From: Sarea resinae
Taxonomy: Eukaryota
Assembly (NCBI GenBank): GCA_026026165.1
Contig: JAPEUD010000006.1
Location: 1-64,000 of the forward strand
Length of the DNA: 64,000 nucleotides
Direction: 5' to 3'
Shown: positions 36,646 through 49,900 of the stretch, piece by piece
Layout of the letters: each line of letters begins with the position of its first letter
How positions within the stretch are numbered: the stretch's first letter is position 1
The notes under the pieces: generated by a model
Told to the model about the DNA's origin: nothing
Database searches by the model: none
The model's input: the letters and a program-made list of their open reading frames with translations, nothing else
Position numbers and translations under genes: made by a program

Positions 36646-39600
36646 ATGCTTGAAGGGCTGGTCGCAAACTTACTCAACCGCTTCCTGGGCATGTACGTGC
36701 GGAACTTTGATGCCAAACAGCTCAATGTAGGCATCTGGTCCGGCGATGTGAAGCTGCGCAATCTCGAGCTTCGCCGCGAAGCCTTGGACCAACTTCATCT
36801 TCCCTTGAATGTTGTCGAGGGTCATCTTGGTCAGCTCACTCTCTCTATTCCGTGGTCGAACCTGAGAGGGTCGCCCGTCCGAGTCAACATCGAGGATGTC
36901 TTCCTTCTCGCCGCCCCAAAAGAGGATGCCGGATACGATCCCGATGAAGAGGAGAAGAGGGCACAAGCCGTCAAGATCGAGAAGCTGGACAGCGCCGAGC
37001 TGCTTAAGGAGAGGAATACCGAGGGTCTGAGTGAAGAGGAACAACAGAAGAGCCAGAGCTTTACCGAGAGCATGGTAACGGCTATCGTCGACAACCTGCA
37101 GATTACCGTCAAGAACATACATCTGCGTTACGAGGACTCCATATCCGCTCCGGGTCATCCGTTCGCTCTCGGCCTTACACTCAAGGAATTCAGCGCCGTA
37201 AGCACAGATGGCGACTGGAAGCCGACTTTCATACAGTCAACTTCAGGAACCACTCACAAGTTGGCATCGTTGGATGCTTTGGCCCTGTATTGGGACACAG
37301 ACTCTTCTTTGGTTGGCTCTGGCACTGGCTCAAAATCTGCCGCGGAAGTGCAGGGCTCGGATCACGACGAGCTCATGGACAAGTTCCGCGAGCTAATAGT
37401 GAGTGGAGACAGTGATGCTATCGGAGAGCATCAGTTTGTGCTCAAGCCTGTCAGTGGTCGAGCGGGGATCGAGATGGACAAGACGGGCAAGCTAGATCGG
37501 CCGAAACTCAAGGCCAGATTGTTGTTCGACGAATTAGGGTTCATCCTCGACGAGGATCAGTACCGTGATGCCCTGATGCTCGTTGACCTTTTCCATTATG
37601 TCATCCGACATCAAGAATACAAAAGATTCCAGCCGAAATCAACACCCAAAGATGACCCGCGCGCCTGGCTGAAATTCGCTGGAGACGCAGTGCTCAGTAA
37701 GATTCACGACCGCAATCGTCGTTGGACTTGGGATTTCTTTCGTGAGAGGCGCGACGACCGATTACGATATATTGAGCTTTTCAAGAAAAAGAAAAGGGAA
37801 GAGAAGCTCCCTCCGGCTGATATCGAGGAGCTAAAACAACTTGAATGGAAGCTCTCCTACGAAGATCTTCGATTTTGGCGGTCCCTTGCGAGGAACCAAT
37901 TGCGCAAAGAAAATGTTGGCGTTAAGAAGCCTATACAGCAAAAACAAACCTGGACGTCTTGGGTCTGGGGCTCTGGTAAACAGCAGCAACAAGAGCAGCA
38001 AAGTGATGAGGAAACGGTCATGAGCGATCAGCAGCGAAAGGAGCTTTACGATGCTATTGACTGGGATGAGAAGAAAACAATATCCGAGAGCATAGATCTA
38101 CCTCGAGAGACGGTCAAGTTACAACTCGAGACGAGCCTGAGGACTGGCAGCTTTACGCTCAAGCGTGATCCCCATGGCAAGGAAACTGAGATACTTCGGT
38201 TGATGTTCGATACCTTCAGTGCGAAGTTCTTACAGAGACCGGATTCGTTCCTCGCAGACATGAGTCTGGGCGGCATGCGACTCTATGACGGCACCACGCA
38301 AGGGAGCTTATATCCGCAGATTGTTACGGTCAAGGATGCACCACCCTTTGAAGAGGGAGGGAAGATCGAGGAACTCGGCGCCGACGGAGATGAAGAGAAC
38401 GGTGAAGATGGATCAGAAGAGCCTGCCGAGGAGCCCTTTTTCCAACTTCAGTTTGAGAATAATCCCCTCGACGAAAGTGCAGATACTGCCCTCACGATGA
38501 AATTGAAGAGCATGGAAGTCATATACAACCCTAAACTCGTCGTCGAGGTCGCGAAGTTCTTCAAGCCTCCCGAACGCCACATGGAGTCTATTGGTGCACT
38601 CATGGAAACAGCTGGTGCCACGGTTGAAGGCATTAGACAGCAGACAAGGGCTGGTCTTGAGTTTGCATTAGAAGAGCACAAGACCATCAATGCCCAGTTG
38701 GATCTCCAGGCTCCTCTGATCATAGTACCTGACAGCGTGATCGACGAGAGCTCTCTCTGTCTGATCATTGATGCTGGTCATGTCAGTCTCAACAGCGAGT
38801 TGGTTGACAAGGATACTCTTCGTGATATCCAGTCAAAGCAGAAGCAGCAGTATAGCGATGAAGACTACCAGCGTCTTCAAGGACTAATGTATGATAAATT
38901 CCTGTTAAAGCTTGAATCCACGCAAGTCCTCATTGGTCCCTCCATCAACGATACAAAGGCGCAACTAGCAGCGGAGAATGACACTAAGAATCTGCATATC
39001 ATTGACCGGATCAACATGGATTTCGTAATCGAAAGTTCTATCATCCCTAAAGCTTCTGACCTCACTCGATTTAAGATTTCGGGTCACTTGCCCGTACTTC
39101 ATGTCAGTGTCTCCGATTCGAAATACAAGAAGCTTATGAAGCTCATCGACGGTGCTATACCTCATTTTGAGAGCGACGAGAAGCCTGATGAGGCGCCGAG
39201 CAAGGCAATCCAAAGTGTCCAGGAAAATCCTCAAAAGCAGAGTACAGCGGATCGAGATGGCTCTGGAAGGAGTCGATCTAAATCTTTCCAATTCTCCGCC
39301 CATCAGAAAGAGCTTGTCCTTGAAGAGGACAGCGATGAAGAGCCTGACGAGAGATTCGAGGAACCTTCGCCCGGCGATCGAGAAACCGGGGCTGAGGTCC
39401 AGCAGCGGAACTTCGAATTCAGATTTACTGTTGATAAGTTGCAAGGGTCGCTGTTTCGTTCGGATCCAGAAGGTCAGAAGCCGGATCAGCTACTCGTCGA
39501 GCTGGTAGCTGAATACTTTCACTTCGAATTCTATCAGAGGCCGTACGACATGGTTGCAGAAGTCTTGTTGAAGTCATTGAGCATAGATGATTATATCGAA

Positions 39601-42600
39601 GAGAATCCGTCGCCGGAATTTAAGCAGATAGTCTCTTCCGAAGGCTTTGATGCTCCAAAGGATAAAGATCTATTCCACTTGAAATTTGTCAAGGTCAATC
39701 CAGCGTCACCGGAGTACATGTCTACCTACGACGGAATCGAAACGAATCTCGATCTCTCCGTCTCAACTATAAATCTCATAGTGACAAGGAAGACCTTACT
39801 CACACTGCTGGACTTCATTCTGGCCACCTTTACCAGTCCTGATTCTTCGACAACGTCAAATGGGAGCAGCGCACTGCCCGGGTTGCCTGAAGACACCAAT
39901 GAACAGCGACTCATCGAAGAGCCGCCCCAACAGAGTGCTGATAAGATCAGAATCAAGGCAAAGTTGCAGAGCATTGTCCTGATCTTGAACAACGATGGTA
40001 TGCGCTTAGCTACGCTTAGTCTCAACACCGCGGATGTAGGCATATTCATTGTGGGTAAGACAATGCGCATCGGTGCGCGTCTGGGAGATTTGACTCTTCT
40101 GGACGATATCAATCAAGGTGCCTCGGTCGACTCACCTTTACGAAGACTGGTGACAATCGAAGGCGACGAATTGGCTGACTTCAGCTATGAGACCTTTGAT
40201 CCTGATAGTAGCTCTTATCCGGGTTATGATTCATCAATATTTTTGCGATCTGGTTCATTCAAGGTCAACTTTGTCACCGAGCCATTCAGAAAGATCATCG
40301 AATTCCTCGTGAAGTTCGGAAAAATGCAGGCCGTGTTCAATGCGGCTCGTCAAGCTGCAGCAGACCAAGCAAGCCAGATTCAAGAGAGGGCGAACAAGAT
40401 CCATTTCGATATCGTTGTGAAGACACCTATTGTTGTATTTCCGCGCGTTGTCTCTCCCAACCAAGGTGGTCAACGGGATTTGTTGACGGTATATCTTGGC
40501 GAGATTTATGTCAGTAACGAGTTCGTACATCTGGAAGATTCAAAAGAATCTCCCGTCGCAAACAAAGTGTCGGCAGGTATCCGCAATATTCGGCTTACGT
40601 CAGAATTCCATTACCAGGGTGATGAATCAGAGGAACTCGAGCTCATCGACAGGGTAGATCTCGATTTCAAGATTGCTTATGCCGAGCACAAATCCGGGTT
40701 CGAGAGACCAGATCTCGAAGTCGAAGGGTCCATGTCTAATATCAACCTTCGGATTACTCAGACGCAATTGAAATTCATCATTGAATTATCCCGCGCTTTA
40801 CCAGCTGCTTTTGCCATTGACTTTGGTCAGGACGAGGACATCATGCAAGAGCTTCCGAGTTCGACCGTCGAGCCAGCAAAAGCCATGAATGATGGAAAGT
40901 CAGAAGAAGATAGTAAGGCTGTGGCCAATCTCGGCCCAGAGCTAGGGACAAGTAGTGAGACATGGACCCAGCTTGACTTAGTCTTCAAGGTCGATACGAT
41001 GGGTCTCGAGTTGATATTGGGCGAGGAAGATAAACCAGTCGGCGACCTTGACGCGGCAAGCTTGTCGAAGTTTTCCCTCAACAAGACCAATGTTAAGCTA
41101 AAGATGATTACGGATGGGTCATTGGAATCCGAACTTCTGATTCATTCATTCAGCATCAAGGATAGTCGCACTAGAGAAACCAACAAGTTCAGGAAGATTA
41201 TGTCTCTGATCAACAATAACGTGAAGCAGCAATTCATGGCCAGCCTGTCAATCTCTGGCGGCAAAGAGCGAAATCTTATCGCTATGCTTACGATTGATAG
41301 TCCTAGGATAATTTTTGCTTTGGACTACCTCTTCGCTCTTCAAAGCTTTTTGTCTGCGGGTTTGTCCGCCGAGGAATCTATGATTATCGAAAATACTGAA
41401 GAGTCCGGGGCTGAAGATTCTGAAAGTGCGGTGAGCGCACCGTCAAAGTCTTTGACCAAGGCCTCATCAGTGGCTGCTACGGAGAGCGGTCCGGGAGCTT
41501 CCCAAGAGGAGAGCTCAATGAACATGGCCTTCAGAGTCAACGTCGTGGATGCTCAAATTATTTTGATCGCGAATCCCACGATCAGCAATTCGGAGTCTAT
41601 CGTTCTGAGCACAAAGGAGGTTCTCGTGTCTCAGCAAAATTCTCTGACTCTCCAGATCTCGAAGGTCGGCATGTTTCTTTGCCGCATGGATTCGTTCGAA
41701 ACTAGCAGACTTCGAATTCTGGATGACATCACCATTCAACTGTCCATGGACAGTCGTTCTCAGGGCAAACAGTCCTCAGTCACTAGTATCCATATCGATG
41801 TGGAGCCACTCGTACTTCGATTGTCGCTGCGAGATATCCTCCTAGCAGTTCAAATCGTGAACAAAGCCTCCGAACTATCTGGAAAAGATGACTCGAAAGA
41901 GGCGGAGGACACTGAGCCTAAGAAATTGAAGGAAATGAAGCATTCCTCAGCCAGTGCCAAGCAAAAATCCGCAAGCACTAAAGCAGTCTCGACTCTTCGA
42001 AGTAAAGCTGCGAATTCGCAGATGACTTCGAAGTCTACCAAGTCTGGATTCGCCGACCGGGATCAATCTCTGACCGTTCTCAAGAGGGAAGAATTGACGG
42101 CGGAAATCGAAGGTTTACGTCTGGTCTTGATTGGGGACCTTCACGAGCTGCCTCTCATTGATTGGAGCGTGAAGCAATTTACTATCGGGGTTCATGATTG
42201 GTCTGGGGCAATGACAGCTGACACTCGGCTTGACACGTATATCAACGTCTTCAATTTCTCCAAGTCAGCTTGGGAGCCTTTGATCGAACCATGGCATCTT
42301 GGCTTCCACATGTCAAAAGATCAAAATCCGGACCGTCTGTCTATGGAGCTCTATTCACGAAAGATGCTTGAACTCACTGTCACGTCTGCCACTATTGCCT
42401 TGGCTTCGAAATCGCTTCAATTCTTGTCCACGGAAGAAGATGTCCTTTCCAAACCTCGTGGTGCGGATGCGCCTTACAGAATCCGAAATTATACTGGATT
42501 TGACATCAACGTTTGGGCCGAAACCGGAAAAGACGAACAAGGCTCTGCCGCTAAGCTCACAGATGGAGAGGAGAGCCCGTGGCGATTTGAGGATCCGACC

Positions 42601-45600
42601 ACTGTCCGGGAGAATCTATCTCCTGAGGGCAGCTCAGGCCTGGTGGGTATTAGACTTGAAGGTAGCGGCTTTGACAGTGTGGAACGCATCCCTTTGACTC
42701 GTGAAGGTGAAGCCTTGTACAACTTGAAACCGAAAAAGGATAAAGTTCAGCACCGGCTTCTAGTCGAGGTCAAGTTGCACGCCGACAACGTCAAATACAT
42801 CACCTTCAGATCTCCACTATTAATCGAAAATAACACGCAAATTCCGGTAGAACTTGGGATTTATAGCCCAGAGGAAGGACATCTGCTCAAAATTGAAAAG
42901 ATTCTCCCCGGCGAGGGTAGGCCAGCGCCAGTTGGTGCCGCTTTCATGCATTCCCTGGTGATACGTCCAGATCAGGGCTTCGGATATACCTGGTCGGACG
43001 AGCGACTATTCTGGCAAGACCTCTTGAAACGTCCAACCCGGACAATAATCTGTAGAGGCGAGACCGGAGACCAAGGGCCGCCCTTTTATTTCCAGATGAA
43101 TGCGAACTACGATAAAAACAACCCTCTGACAAGCGTTTATCCCTACATGCGAATACGATTGTCCGCCCCGATTGAACTTCAGAATCTACTACCTTACGAC
43201 TTCAAGTACCGGATTTACGATAAGAACACGAAGAAAGACTGGACGAATTTCTTGCGCAAGGGTGGCATTAGCCCTGTTCATGTTGTAGAGCTTTCTCATT
43301 TATTACTTATGAGCATTGACATGCAGGACACGCTTTTCAAGCAAAGCGAATTTGCTATTATCAACTCCACAAACCAGGAGGACTTCCGGCGGGAGACGAC
43401 CCTGAATGTCAAGGACAACGAAGGACTCACATTACGACTCAAGCTCCATTACTACAATATCCCAGACAGTGGCGGAGCTTTCAAGGTCACCGTGTACAGT
43501 CCATATGTTATGTTGAATAAGACAGGACTCGACATCAACATTAGAAGCAAATCCATGCTTGGCTCGGCCAGAAATGCCGCTGGACAGAACTACCTGAAAG
43601 ACCCAGGCTCTGATGATCGCAAGGCATTACCTTACATGTTCTCATATCCAACGGATGATCGCAAGAACCGGGCTATACTCAAAGTCGGCGACTCCAGTCC
43701 GAGCAGACCACAGAGTTTCGAAGCCATTGGTAGTAACATTGATGTTGCTTTGCCTTCGCAGAACAACCAGGCTGAGATGCATGTGGGCATCTCGGTCGAA
43801 GAAGGGGAAGGAAAGTACAGCTTGTCAAAAGTGGTGACTATCGCTCCTCGGTTCATTATCAAGAACAGATTCGACGAGGATATAAACATTCGCGAGCCCG
43901 GATCTTCTCATCTTTTGACCATCAAAAAGGGAGAGCTGTTGCCCCTACGCTTCTTACGTCAAGGGCCAGAGAAGCAGCTGTGCCTTTGTTTTCCTGGTCT
44001 AAACAATCAATGGTCATCGCCATTCAATATCTCTAATCTTGGCAGAGTCCACGTCAAGCTAGCCAAACACGGGCAGAGGCAGAACCTCGTCCGGGTAGAG
44101 ATTTTAATGGAGAATGCAACGATCTTCCTTCATCTGATCAATGAAAGTACTCGTTGGCCTTCCTCAATGAGACATTGGCCGTTCTCTTTGAGAAACGAAA
44201 GCGACCAGGAGTTCATGTTCTATCAAGCCAATCCCAATTTGGATGAAGATGAAGAGGACACCAACTCTAATTGGCGCCCAATCCGCTATCGTTTACCCCC
44301 TCGGAGTATCATGCCCTACGCTTGGGACTTCCCTGCAGCAAAATCTAAAGAGTTGATAGTGAACGCCAACGGCAAAGAGAGACACGTCAAGCTCGCTGAA
44401 ATTGGAAATCTAATACCCATGCGGATCCCTGTTTCGAAGGGTTCGGTACAGACCAAAATTATCGATCTCAATGTTGCCGCGGAAGGTCCTACGCAGACCT
44501 TGGTTCTCTCTAACTACAGGCCCTCTAAGAGCTTGTACAAGCAGCGATCAGCCACTTCTTCGCAGACTAGTGTATCCGCTGGCTTTGAAGTGAAAGAGAT
44601 GGATACGGATGTCACTTTCAAAGCTCAAGTGCGCTTTGCTGGGTTTGGAATCTCATTGGTGAATCAGCAACTAAGAGAGCTTGTTTATACAACTTTCCGT
44701 GAGATTGAGCTCAAATACCACGAGTCAAAACTATATCAAACTTTAGGTACCACGATAAAATGGATCCAAATCGACAACCAACTATATGGCGGCATCTTCC
44801 CAATCATCCTCTATCCCAGCGTCGTTCCGAAGACTGGTAAAGAAATGGAAGCTCATCCAATCTTTCATGCTATGGTCACCAGGGTGAAGGACGATTCTTA
44901 CGGTGTTTATTACATCAAATACTGCACGGTCTTATTGCAGCAGATGACACTTGAGATTGATGAGGACTTCATCTTCGCTATGCTTGATTTTACCAAAGTA
45001 CCCGGTGCTTCCTGGGCTGAAGAGCGCGAGGGCAAATTGTGCGACGAGACATTGGATATACCAGAGCCAAAGTCAGACGAACAGGGACAAGATGTCTACT
45101 TTGAACTTCTACACCTCCAGCCCGCTCAGCTCGATATCTCATTTGTCAGGACCGAGAGGATCAATGCCGAGGATACTATGACGTCGTCAAGTCCAATAAT
45201 GTTTTTCGTTAACGTGATGACAATGTCCATCGGCAATGTCAATGATGCTCCCGTGCGATTCAACGCTCTTATGCTTGAGAATGCGCGAGTCTCCATCCCC
45301 ACGCTTGTGAACAATATCAGGAGCCATTATACTCAAGAATGTCTCCGTCAGATACATCTGGTGCTTGGCTCTGCTGACTTCCTCGGCAATCCCGTTGGCC
45401 TATTCAATAACGTCAGTTCTGGAGTAGCAGATATCTTCTATGAGCCATATCAAGGCTTAGTCATGACGGATCGTCCACAAGAGCTAGGCTTAGGCATTGC
45501 TAAAGGAGCGTCAAGCTTTGTTAAAAAATCGGTTTTTGGCTTCTCCGACAGCATGGCTAAGTTTACTGGAAGTATGTCGAAGGGGCTTGCCGCTGCAACG

Positions 45601-46360
45601 CTCGACAAGGAATACCAGGACCAACGCAGAATGTCAAAGTCGAGGAATCGGCCAAAACATGCCTTGTATGGAGTTACAACAGGGGGCAATGCCTTCGCAA
45701 CAAGCTTGGCTAGTGGCGTGGGAGGGCTTGCTCGTCATCCTCTCGAGGGGGCAGAGAAGGAAGGTCTCCAAGGTTTCGTTAAAGGCGTCGGAAAAGGATT
45801 CTTAGGTCTGGCTACGAAACCCGCGATTGGGGCCTTCGATCTTGCGTCTAGTAAGTACTGCTGTCACAATTATCTCGAAAGCAGGACCTAACTGTAATGC
45901 AGATGTTGCCGAAGGTGTTCGAAACACGACTACGGTCTTTGACCAAGAGGGTTTGGACCGCGTTAGGCTAACGCGTTTTATCGGCCAAGATGGTATCGTT
46001 CGTCCCTATTCCCAGCGCGAAGCTCTGGGACAGTTTTGGCTCAAGACGCTGGATGACGGCAAATACTTCAACGAAGATTACATTGCGCATCTCGAGCTAC
46101 CGGGTAAGGACATGTTCGTCATGCTCACATACAACGGCATCATGCTTGTCCGATCCAAGAAGCTGCAGTCTGAATGGGACGTGCCACTCAAAGATATTCA
46201 GACCATCTCCAAGGAGCGGACTGGCTTGAGTATCACGCTCAAGGGAGGCACTAATGGGCCATTTGTTCCTGTGCAAGATGAGGGTTCGCGGAACTGGATT
46301 TATAGGCAGATTGCTATTGCCGTGAATGCGTATAATGCCAAATGGAATGCCCGGGGATGA
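36646..46360 (+). CDS. VPS13: Vacuolar protein sorting 13 lipid-transfer protein (~3220 aa); exons 36646-45850 and 45903-46360
   Basis: Chorein_N start MLEGLVANLLNRFLGMYV..NVGIWSGDV; SAWEPLIEPW; IQIDNQL; GSADFLGNPVGLF. Intron GTAAGT..CTAAC..CAG (45851-45902) joins the C-terminal exon in frame. Confidence 0.98.
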
Positions 46361-46909
46361 TGGGATGGTCATTACGCATCTAATAATGGATGTGATGGAG
46401 TCTGCGTGTGCGGTACCTTTGGGATGTCATCGTTCCCAGTATATCATTATCACGGCTATGGCATCAGCAGAATCTGCATGGCATTGGTGGACGGTATTTT
46501 TCTTTTCTTTTCCTTCTGTTTTTGAGGAGCTGTTTCCTCTACGGCCGCCTAAGCGATTCGTATGCTGTAGCAAAATCCTCTTTTTAGCAGCTTAACGATT
46601 TGATGCCTTTGTCACTCCTGGTTCATTGGCTCTGCAAAAGCATAGCGACAATCATAGTCTATAAATGAATGGTGTTTGAGATAAAAACAACGAGCTCTCT
46701 GTGCCTGACTCATAGTCTCGGGTTGATTGAGAATAACCTTCGTCGTATCTAGCCGTGAGTCACCAAGTGTTTCGTGGTGGCATTTGAAACTCGGAGGCTG
46801 GATCGTAGTGGCATTGTCTCACCTTACCCTGACTTTCCCATCTCGATTGGCTTTCCCGGATAACAGCGTAGTACGAATACAGTACCGAGATAGCATATCA
46901 TTCCAATCC

Positions 46910-46948
46910 GAATCAATCTTTCGAATCAATCTTTCGAATCAATCTTTC
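46910..46948. repeat. 13-bp tandem repeat GAATCAATCTTTC x3
   Basis: Direct reading. Confidence 0.85.
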
Positions 46949-49900
46949 ACTAATATCTGCTACGGCGATACTCTAGCACAGTAGAAAAAGATCGACGACC
47001 TCATCACCGCGACTCTTTATTTGCAATATGATAGCGCTGCATCCACATGAGATTAGGACTTCCTCGAGGGGTCAATAGGGAGGATCAGATGCTGCACAAT
47101 ACGGGCTTGAATCCTCCGATTGCCGTGCTCTATGTGCTACTTCGGAGAAAACCTCCGACGTCGTGATCAGGACAAGACGAGACGAGACGATCCGGCCTAC
47201 GAGACGAGACGGAGAGACGAAGGGCTAAAGAAAAGCGTGGGGAGGACTCTAGTACTATGTAGTAGTAATGACCGTAGAACCACCTCAGGCAACGGTGGTG
47301 ATAGAGTAAATAGTAGTGGTGATAGAGTAAGTAGTGGTCATACATTAGTGCATTCATACCCATTCTTCGGAGCAGCTTGGCTCGGCTTGGTATTCGATGG
47401 TATGGTTTTAAGATGAGCTTCGAAATTTAGCCTAATTCGATAGCACGGGATGGGATGGTGATCATTGGGGTTTCGGTGATATGGCCGAAGTGCCCCCAAG
47501 GAGCGAGCCTTCATGAGCGTGAGAAAGTCGGGCGAGCGTGAACGTGACGACGATGATGGAGATGATGATGATGATTGATGCCTGAAAGTGTTACATTGTC
47601 GTCGACGGATGGCATTATCTAACCGTCGACCCTCTAATTACCTGACCTGGACCTAACGTATGATTGCCATCACAGCGTTCAAAGCTCAAGCTTGACTTCC
47701 GGACCGGCCCCTTTCCTTTCCCTTCCCTTCCCTACTATAGTAAGTTCCCTTCCCTTTCCGATCCGCCGCTTCACTGCCATAGACTTCACAGCTAAAAATG
47801 TCTCTGTGTCGTGTGTCTGTGCGTGGGCAGGGCAACATCACGTTTTCTTACTCTCCAGACTACATAGTACCGCGCCGTGGATGACGACGCCTTACTGGTG
47901 CGCATGATACCTATGCCATGGATGGGTGATTGCCAGACGCACAGTATCTCTCCCCTCCCCCTCCCCCCCATCTTCTCCCCCAGAACACTAGAGAAGGACC
48001 GATTGGAATCCGATGATGGCGGCCGGTGGATCGAGTTTGGGGGTGAATGCGTGCCATGAATGACACGAAGCGAAGTACGAAGGTACGAGGTATGTCGAAG
48101 ACGCGCAGTACGAATATGGGGTAAGCCAACCTTTGCAACCTTCCTGTATCACGCAAAAAGAACGCCCCAAACCGTGTTTGACCCGTTCGAAATGCAAAAT
48201 GCGCGTAAGGCGCCCTATTTCTCCCTCCCACACTCTCTCATTCTCTTCCTCTCCCTCTCAACATCGTGGCGATCTCGTTTGAAATCTCCCGTTCTCTGAT
48301 TTTGCTTCCAACTCGCTTCGCTTCTACAAAGTGTATGGATTGGACGGATCTGCTGTCCAATGCCTACTCTACCTACCTTACCTATGTTATCCTCCCTATG
48401 GAGGGATTGGACGGGACGGATTGGATGGCTTGCATGTGAAACCACGGCAGCTGATAGCCTCTCCTTCCATGCTTCTCGTCCTTCCCTCTCCCTGCCCCTC
48501 AGGCATTCTCTTTCTCTCTCTTCCGCTCTTCCTCTCTACAGTTGCTCTAATGCAATCAATTGGCTCACAAGTACGAAGAGACTAATCTGCGCACTAGCAA
48601 TCTCGTGTATCTCTCTCGTCTGTCTGCCTTCTCTTCCCGCGTCCGATCGAATCGCGATTCGCGTTCTTCGTTGTTGGAGGTGAAGTCGAGCGATGGTCTA
48701 GCTATTAGGAGAGGGCGAAGGGAGAGGCTAGATCTTTGACTTTTCGGCCGTGTCGTCGCTTGGGTTGCTTTGGGGGCTTAGCCTTGGCAACTGCACGGCT
48801 AAGCATGCACGCTACCTCGATTGGTGCATCTACAGCAGGACCTGATAGACCGACTTGCAGCAGTACGCAGTACACCGTCGTGTCCTCTCTTTTCTCCGGG
48901 ATGCTCGATTGTGGGGTGCAGTTGGGCGCACATGTTGCTGCTGCTGCTTGATGTCGGTCGTCGCTCGCTTCATCATCCTGCCCTTGTCCGTGTGTCGAGG
49001 CATCGAGCCAATGCTCTGGACGGGCGTACTCTGGAGTGCATCCCCATGATGGATGCTGCAATGATACTGGATGTTGCAAAGCTGCAGGTCGCCGTCAGTA
49101 CTCGTAGAGAGAGCACTATGTACGCAGGGTGCGGAGTACGGAGTACGGAGTACTGAGTACTGCACGGAGCAAGGTACGAAGTCTGCATTGATAGATACGT
49201 CCTCTACTAGGCGTCCAGCATCCAATGCAATTGGAAGCAAACGCAACCAAATGCAAAGCAAATGCAAGGCTGCGGCGAGTGAGTTTCCCTGCCCCGCATA
49301 CTTGACAAATGCCGAGGCCCGCTAGGGTTAGAGGGGGGCAGATGAAGGATTGGCCGGGTCTGATTGGATCAGCTAGACGATGATCCTTCCATGGTCGTGA
49401 TCCGAGTAGAGTACGTACTCGATAGAGTATCTACGGGAGACGGAGTACCTCTGTCGATACCTACGGTGCCCGAGTACGAAGTACTCCATACTCGTATCCC
49501 GGTAGTGTCAAGCATCGGCAAGGTCTATCGCGGCATGATCGACCTCTCCCTGATACCCATGATATCCCTGCGCCCCCGAGCAGGAATCACCCTACTATGT
49601 GAGTGTGAGCAGATGGGGCAAAGTACCGGCAATCCAATGCTGGTCCTGCCCCCCATCCATCCATGATCCGTCAATCCTGATTCCCTGTACTGCGTGCTGC
49701 CCCATCAGGCTAGCCCGTGGGCTCCTACTCTTCCCGTCACCCTCACCACCGTCACCACTCCCACCACTCCCTCCACTCCCTCCACTCCCTCCTCTCCCCT
49801 CAATCTGATCTCTGCCGCACGCCCCAAGTCGAATCCTCAAAGTGTTCGCCGGCGTCCTTTCCAAGGTTGCCTCCTCTAGGCTCCGCCATCTCCTTCACTA

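Noticed and set aside
47400..47590. U3 or box C/D snoRNA (GAGCGTGA, TGATGA, CTGA words)
   Set aside because: No U3 box A sequence or rRNA-complementary guide found; TGATGA comes from a (GAT)n microsatellite.
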